This document shows, in pieces, positions 27,465 to 32,000 of a stretch of 32,000 bases of DNA. How positions within the stretch are numbered: position 1 is the stretch's first letter; every line of letters starts with the position of its first letter. The notes under the pieces were generated by a model that was given only the letters and a program-made list of their open reading frames with translations, was not told the DNA's origin and ran no database searches. Position numbers and translations under genes: made by a program. The stretch comes from Promethearchaeota archaeon (GTDB lineage Archaea > Asgardarchaeota > Lokiarchaeia > Sigyniarchaeales > Promethearchaeaceae), in assembly GCA_016933055.1 (NCBI GenBank), contig JAFGBS010000014.1, positions 1 to 32,000 on the forward strand, given 5' to 3'.

Positions 27465-28142
27465 ATGACCGTCATTCAAATATCTTTTCCTTGTATTGAA
27501 AATTGCTCAAAATGTGAATTATGTAAACAGATTGAACAGTTACAAAATTCTAAAATTAAAACTTATGTCGATGACAGGATAGCGGAATTCAAAAACATCT
27601 GTTTATCAGATAAGAAAGAACTATTCCTTGAGATGTGTTTTTGTATCTTAACAGCAAATTTCAATGCAATGAGAGCAATTCAAATTCAAGAACAAATAGG
27701 AATCGATTTCATTATCCTTTCCCAAGAGGATCTTGCTAGAAAATTAAAGGACGTGGGCTATCGGTTTCCAAATATAAGAGCCCAGTATATTTGTGAATCT
27801 AGAAAACATTATCATACTCTTAGAGAGAAAATATTATCATTTAGTTATACTGAGCAAAAACTATTGCGTACCTGGCTGGTAAAAAATATAAAGGGATTAG
27901 GTTTAAAGGAAGCAAGTCATTTTTTGCGCAATATTGGGTATGAACATTGTGCAATTATTGATTTTCATATTATAGACCTTCTCGTATCGTATGGCATAAT
28001 TGAACGTCCGAAAAATCTTACTAAAAAAAGGTATGAAGAAGTAGAACTAATATTGGAAAAAATTGCACATATTCAAGGAGTAAATTTAGCAGAACTTGAC
28101 TTATATCTATGGTATTTGGAGACGGGAAAAATTTTAAAGTGA
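27465..28142 (+). CDS. ogg: Archaeal-type (OGG2) 8-oxoguanine DNA glycosylase/AP lyase
   Basis: ELFLEMCFCILTAN, GYRFPNIRAQYI, HhH motif IKGLGLKEASHFLRN, AIIDFHI, LDLYLWYLETGKILK with terminal Lys. Confidence 0.93.
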   Translation: MTVIQISFPCIENCSKCELCKQIEQLQNSKIKTYVDDRIAEFKNICLSDKKELFLEMCFCILTANFNAMRAIQIQEQIGIDFIILSQEDLARKLKDVGYRFPNIRAQYICESRKHYHTLREKILSFSYTEQKLLRTWLVKNIKGLGLKEASHFLRNIGYEHCAIIDFHIIDLLVSYGIIERPKNLTKKRYEEVELILEKIAHIQGVNLAELDLYLWYLETGKILK

Positions 28143-28143
28143 A

Positions 28144-28953
28144 TTAGTATACGGCAAATAAAATTAGAACCAATAATATTGTTAGGCTGCCCAATAAAAA
28201 ACAAACATAATGAAAAGGGATTTTCCGAGCAATTAATAGTAAAGCATCCATCATAAAATACCCAACGATAGCGACAAGTGCCATTAAGAAAAAGTAATCC
28301 CATGAAAAACCCAAGGATTGTCCGCCAATAATAATGTCAAATAGCAGATCGAAAACAATCCCTGCTAGGACTGCTGGGAGAGAAATAAGGAAACTCATCT
28401 TGAAAGCGTCTTCTTTTTTAAAACCACGAGTAATCAAATAGGTATAGGTAACACCTGAACGACTGATTCCGGGTAAAATTGCAAATCCCTGAACAGCACC
28501 AAGCCCAATTTCATCCCATAATTTTCTATCATTCATAGAAAGGTTAGTTTGGGTTCGTCTGATCCCATATTGCAAAAAAGAACCTGTAACAAGTAATGCA
28601 ACTCCTGTGAGTAAAGTAACGATCCACCCTGCCGCTTCTGTAAAAAATTCTTCCATAAATAATTTAAGAGGGATGGCGATCATTGCTGTACTTCCAACTG
28701 ACACAACCAACAATCTCAGTAAATTTTTATCTCTTAGTAACACTGCATCGATGTATTGCTTTCGATACTTAAAGAATACTGCAATTGCGGTGCCAAGATG
28801 AAAATATAATGCGATTCTAATCGCGGTAGATGCATCTAAGTGAAATCCATTCACTGTTGTTATAACGATAAAACCTTCACTACTAACTGGAAACCATTCT
28901 AGGATAGATTGAATGAGGGCAAGAATAAGACGCTGCCAGAATTTAAGTTCCAT
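28144..28953 (-). CDS. uppP: Undecaprenyl-diphosphate phosphatase (BacA/UppP family)
   Basis: QSILEWFPVSSEG, HLGT, QGFAILPGISRSGVT, SFLISLP, multiple TM helices. Probable start is ATG 28953 (269 aa); the ORF track start 29070 is a TTG. Confidence 0.9.
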   Translation of the reverse strand: MELKFWQRLILALIQSILEWFPVSSEGFIVITTVNGFHLDASTAIRIALYFHLGTAIAVFFKYRKQYIDAVLLRDKNLLRLLVVSVGSTAMIAIPLKLFMEEFFTEAAGWIVTLLTGVALLVTGSFLQYGIRRTQTNLSMNDRKLWDEIGLGAVQGFAILPGISRSGVTYTYLITRGFKKEDAFKMSFLISLPAVLAGIVFDLLFDIIIGGQSLGFSWDYFFLMALVAIVGYFMMDALLLIARKIPFHYVCFLLGSLTILLVLILFAVY

Positions 28954-29099
28954 AAAGGGGGAAATGTTTAACCAGATATAAACAAATGGAATGATGAATG
29001 ATTCTAAATATGAATCTGTCGAAACGTTTAAAAGGACAAACTTACTTTCCCTAGACAATTGCCTAACCAAAGTCTCTTTTTTAAAAAAGACTTATAAGG

Positions 29100-29381
29100 A
29101 TGAAAAAAATGAAGATGCATGCAATAGTATCGGGTAAAGTTCAAGGAGTCTTCTTTCGAGCGAATACTGCTGATGTAGCCAATCGTCTTGGAGTAACGGG
29201 ATATGTGAGAAATTTAAGTGATGGAAAAGTAGAGGTTGTTGCCGAGGGATCGCATGATAAGTTATTAGAATTACTCAAATGGCTTCATAGAGGGTCTATA
29301 TGGGCTCAAGTAGACGCTGTACAGCATGAGTTTTCAGAAAATGAGGAAGAAGACTTTATGAACTTTACGATACATTATTAA
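29100..29381 (+). CDS. acyP: Acylphosphatase
   Basis: VSGKVQGVFFR, GYVRNLSDGKVEVVAEG, F.I.Y C-terminus. The start may be ATG 29109. Confidence 0.96.
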   Translation: MKKMKMHAIVSGKVQGVFFRANTADVANRLGVTGYVRNLSDGKVEVVAEGSHDKLLELLKWLHRGSIWAQVDAVQHEFSENEEEDFMNFTIHY

Positions 29382-29387
29382 TAAAAA

Positions 29388-30257
29388 TCAAAGCTCTTTT
29401 TTTGATTCAATAAATTGTTTTAATGCATCCATATTGAGTTTACGCTTGTATAACGGACTTTTATTGGTTTCATAGATCATAGTAGCTTCCCAAAAGGTTC
29501 TTTTGCTCGAATTACGATAAATAATGCCTAAAGGATATTTCTTGGTTTCGATTGCTTTTTGGAAAGCCTGCATTCTATCTGTGGGATCGTGTGAATCGTC
29601 TAAGATGTAGGTATTTTCTTTATACCACTTGAAAGTATTTAATTTATTAAAAGAAACACAAGGACTGAAAGCATCTACCAATGAAAAACCTTTATTTTTT
29701 ATTGCAGCTTTAAATATGTCTTTAGTTTTTTCCTGATCTCCCACAAATACTCGAGATACAAAGGATGCGTCTAATGCGACTGCGGCAGCAATAGGATTGA
29801 ACGGTTCATTGCTCACCCCATATATTTGAACTGGAGTTTCCATGCCTTTATCACTAGTTGGAGAAGCTTGCCCTTTAGTCAATCCATATACTTGATTATT
29901 ATGAGTAATCACAGTGATATCGGGGTTACGCAGTATTTGCTGATTAAAATGGTTACCCCCTTCCCCATATATACAACCATCACCCGAATTCACAATCACG
30001 GTCAATTCTGGGTTAGTGGCTTTAATTGCCATGGCAACAGCTAAGGGGCGACCATGTAATCCATTAAACATATGTCCTTTCATATATTGAGGTAGTTTAG
30101 CAGCTTGTCCGATTCCCGATACAAAAACTGTTTCTTCTGGAGTTATTCCCAGTTCTGTTAAGGCTTCTTTCAATGTTTTATGCAAAGTGAAGTTACCACA
30201 ACCTGGACACCAAGCGATCTCTTCGGTGTTGTAATCAAAAGGATTTCCCATTATCAT
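29388..30257 (-). CDS. 2-oxoacid:ferredoxin oxidoreductase beta subunit (KorB-like; substrate not determinable)
   Basis: [22 protein letters not shown]-binding SGDG...[22 protein letters not shown]. Confidence 0.94.
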   Translation of the reverse strand: MIMGNPFDYNTEEIAWCPGCGNFTLHKTLKEALTELGITPEETVFVSGIGQAAKLPQYMKGHMFNGLHGRPLAVAMAIKATNPELTVIVNSGDGCIYGEGGNHFNQQILRNPDITVITHNNQVYGLTKGQASPTSDKGMETPVQIYGVSNEPFNPIAAAVALDASFVSRVFVGDQEKTKDIFKAAIKNKGFSLVDAFSPCVSFNKLNTFKWYKENTYILDDSHDPTDRMQAFQKAIETKKYPLGIIYRNSSKRTFWEATMIYETNKSPLYKRKLNMDALKQFIESKKEL

Positions 30258-31975
30258 TTTCCTCCTTTTATTTTAGATCGAATAAAGGATATGACTTCTT
30301 CCACGGAAAAAGGTTCTCCATTGGATTTCAAGTAGACTCGATTTTTTTTAATATCAATGTCTGTATATAATTTTAGGAGTTTAAGGAATTGTCCCGTTGC
30401 ATTTCCCTCAATCAATAGTAAATTTTTGGCTTCATGAAGAACTGATTTTGTATTTTTGGGCACAGGAAATACTTGAGAAAAATGAACTCCTGCGATTTGG
30501 GAATCATTCAACTCTTCCAACGCCTCTTTTACAATTAAGTAACTCGATCCCCAACAGATTACTAAGGTATCAAATTCTTCACTTCCAAAAGGTTCCAATG
30601 GAATTGGAGGTTCTATTTGCGAAATGGTTAACCCTTTCTTATAAATACGTTTATCGATCATTTTCTCCCGTACACCTCGTAAGTCTTCGGTAATATGCCC
30701 CCATTCATCGTGTTCATCACTATCTATTCTCACAAAACCTTCTCCAAATCCAGGAACTCCACGAGGAGATATGCCATTTTTTGTATATACATACCTTTTA
30801 TACTCCGAATCCGTCTCTATAAAAGCATGTCTAATCCCAATAATGTTCATATCTTCCGGAGGGACATTATAATACGAATCTACCAGATATTGATCCGTTA
30901 GGATGAACACAGGAATTTGTAATGCATCTGCAAGATTAAATGCATGTTGGGTGAGAAAAAATGCTTGTTCTATTGATCCGGGAGCAAAAATGATGCGGTG
31001 AAATTCTCCATGACCTGCATTCAATGCTAGATTTAGATCTCCTTGAGCGGTTCTTGTAGGTAATCCCGTTGCTGGTCCCGGTCTTTGCGCTAAATGAATT
31101 ACTAAGGGAGATTCGATCATTCCTGTCAAAGATAACCCCTCACTCATTAGTGAAAATCCCCCACCTGAAGTAGATGCTATTCCTCTCGCTCCTGTATACC
31201 ATGCTCCGATTGCTTTATTAATCGCTGCGATTTCATCTTCGGCTTGATCAACAACGATATCAAATTTTCTGGAATGTTGGGCAAGAAATACCAGTGTTCC
31301 AGTCGATGGGCTCATGGGATAAGCGGAAATAAAATTGCATCCACCCGCAATTGCACCTAATCCTACTGATTGATTCCCGTCTAATAGAATCTCATTTATG
31401 ACATTTGGTTCCTTTTCCATCTCGGGTATTATATCTTTAAGTGTTTCACCCTTTTTATGACCTCTATTAAAGGAATTAATATTTTTATTTAAGATCAACT
31501 CTCCTTTTGTTTCAAACCGTTGTTTGATAAACTGCAGTGCACTTTTTTCAGGAATTCTGAAAATTCCAGATAGGACACCTACTGCAAATACATTCATAAA
31601 TTTTGAACCAATTTCCTTTTTAATTTTCGTAAAAGGAACCGCAATGCATTGGTAATCAGGGTATTCTCTCTGGTTAATTAAATCGGGATCTGTGAGAATT
31701 ATTGTAGATTTAGATAAACGATGTTGTACATGCTCAATTGCATTTTTATGTAAAGGGATAAGTAAATCAATCCGGTCAACATAAGCTCGTACCCTCTTCT
31801 TTCCCGATCCAATGCGCAATTCTGTCGAATTCATACCACCTCTCACTCGACTCATATACTCTTTCGTAGCGTAGACATTATATCCCGTCATTTTAAAGAG
31901 ATTTACCATGAATTGTTCCACAGTTTGAATGCCTTGTCCTGCTGCGCCGACAAGTACAATAGATAAATCATCCAT
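30254..31975 (-). CDS. 2-oxoacid:ferredoxin oxidoreductase alpha subunit (fused gamma-alpha, KorA-like)
   Basis: [70 protein letters not shown]. Overlaps the beta gene by 4 nt. Confidence 0.95.
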   Translation of the reverse strand: MDDLSIVLVGAAGQGIQTVEQFMVNLFKMTGYNVYATKEYMSRVRGGMNSTELRIGSGKKRVRAYVDRIDLLIPLHKNAIEHVQHRLSKSTIILTDPDLINQREYPDYQCIAVPFTKIKKEIGSKFMNVFAVGVLSGIFRIPEKSALQFIKQRFETKGELILNKNINSFNRGHKKGETLKDIIPEMEKEPNVINEILLDGNQSVGLGAIAGGCNFISAYPMSPSTGTLVFLAQHSRKFDIVVDQAEDEIAAINKAIGAWYTGARGIASTSGGGFSLMSEGLSLTGMIESPLVIHLAQRPGPATGLPTRTAQGDLNLALNAGHGEFHRIIFAPGSIEQAFFLTQHAFNLADALQIPVFILTDQYLVDSYYNVPPEDMNIIGIRHAFIETDSEYKRYVYTKNGISPRGVPGFGEGFVRIDSDEHDEWGHITEDLRGVREKMIDKRIYKKGLTISQIEPPIPLEPFGSEEFDTLVICWGSSYLIVKEALEELNDSQIAGVHFSQVFPVPKNTKSVLHEAKNLLLIEGNATGQFLKLLKLYTDIDIKKNRVYLKSNGEPFSVEEVISFIRSKIKGGK

Positions 31976-32000
31976 TTGGGTTTCACATCATAGTTTTGAT

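Noticed and set aside
28954-29070. 39-aa N-terminal extension on UppP
   Set aside because: It depends on a TTG start in the divergent promoter region; ATG 28953 gives a normal-length BacA.
29075-29090. Perfect 16-bp palindrome TCTTTTTTAAAAAAGA between uppP and acyP
   Set aside because: Low complexity in an AT-rich genome; at most a TATA-like element, with no further support.
4686-30901. Other short overlapping ORFs in the track (e.g. 4686-4886, 4993-5199, 5667-5927, 8989-9213, 11777-11959, 13001-13237, 17697-17951, 23370-23552, 26778-26963, 28607-28801, 29826-30044, 30397-30693, 30695-30901)
   Set aside because: They are nested in or antisense to well-supported genes and show no protein motifs.
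1-32000. CRISPR array, tRNA/rRNA genes, transposases, inteins
   Set aside because: No spacer-separated short repeats, cloverleaf or rRNA-like GC-rich tracts, transposase ORFs, or intein-sized insertions were seen by eye; tRNAscan and Infernal were not run.

Overview
AT-rich archaeal core-genome window, most consistent with an Asgard archaeon (Lokiarchaeia/Promethearchaeota-like). This is an inference from split RpoA'/RpoA'', rpl18e, Nop10, eIF2-alpha and NurA together with a degenerate small-GTPase/longin-like protein and a giant helical repeat protein. Order: 3' part of a giant charged repeat protein (open at the window edge); a small ribbon-helix-helix gene missing from the ORF track; rpl18e-rpl13-rps9; a pseudo-GTPase/longin-like protein; a YyaL/SPATA20-family protein; a 150-bp inverted-repeat-bounded element; uppS divergent from a mevalonate operon (HMG-CoA synthase with a C-terminal DUF35-like domain, haloarchaeal-type phosphomevalonate decarboxylase, class II HMG-CoA reductase, mevalonate kinase, and a decayed isopentenyl phosphate kinase pseudogene in the apparent gap at 15.9-16.6 kb); a hypothetical gene; pyrG; nurA; a Zn-ribbon membrane protein; rpoA' (long C-terminal extension) and rpoA''; nop10 and eIF2-alpha; ogg; uppP; acyP; and 2-oxoacid:ferredoxin oxidoreductase beta and alpha. 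I saw no CRISPR array, rRNA, tRNA or transposase. All family assignments come from motif recognition by eye; no database search was run.
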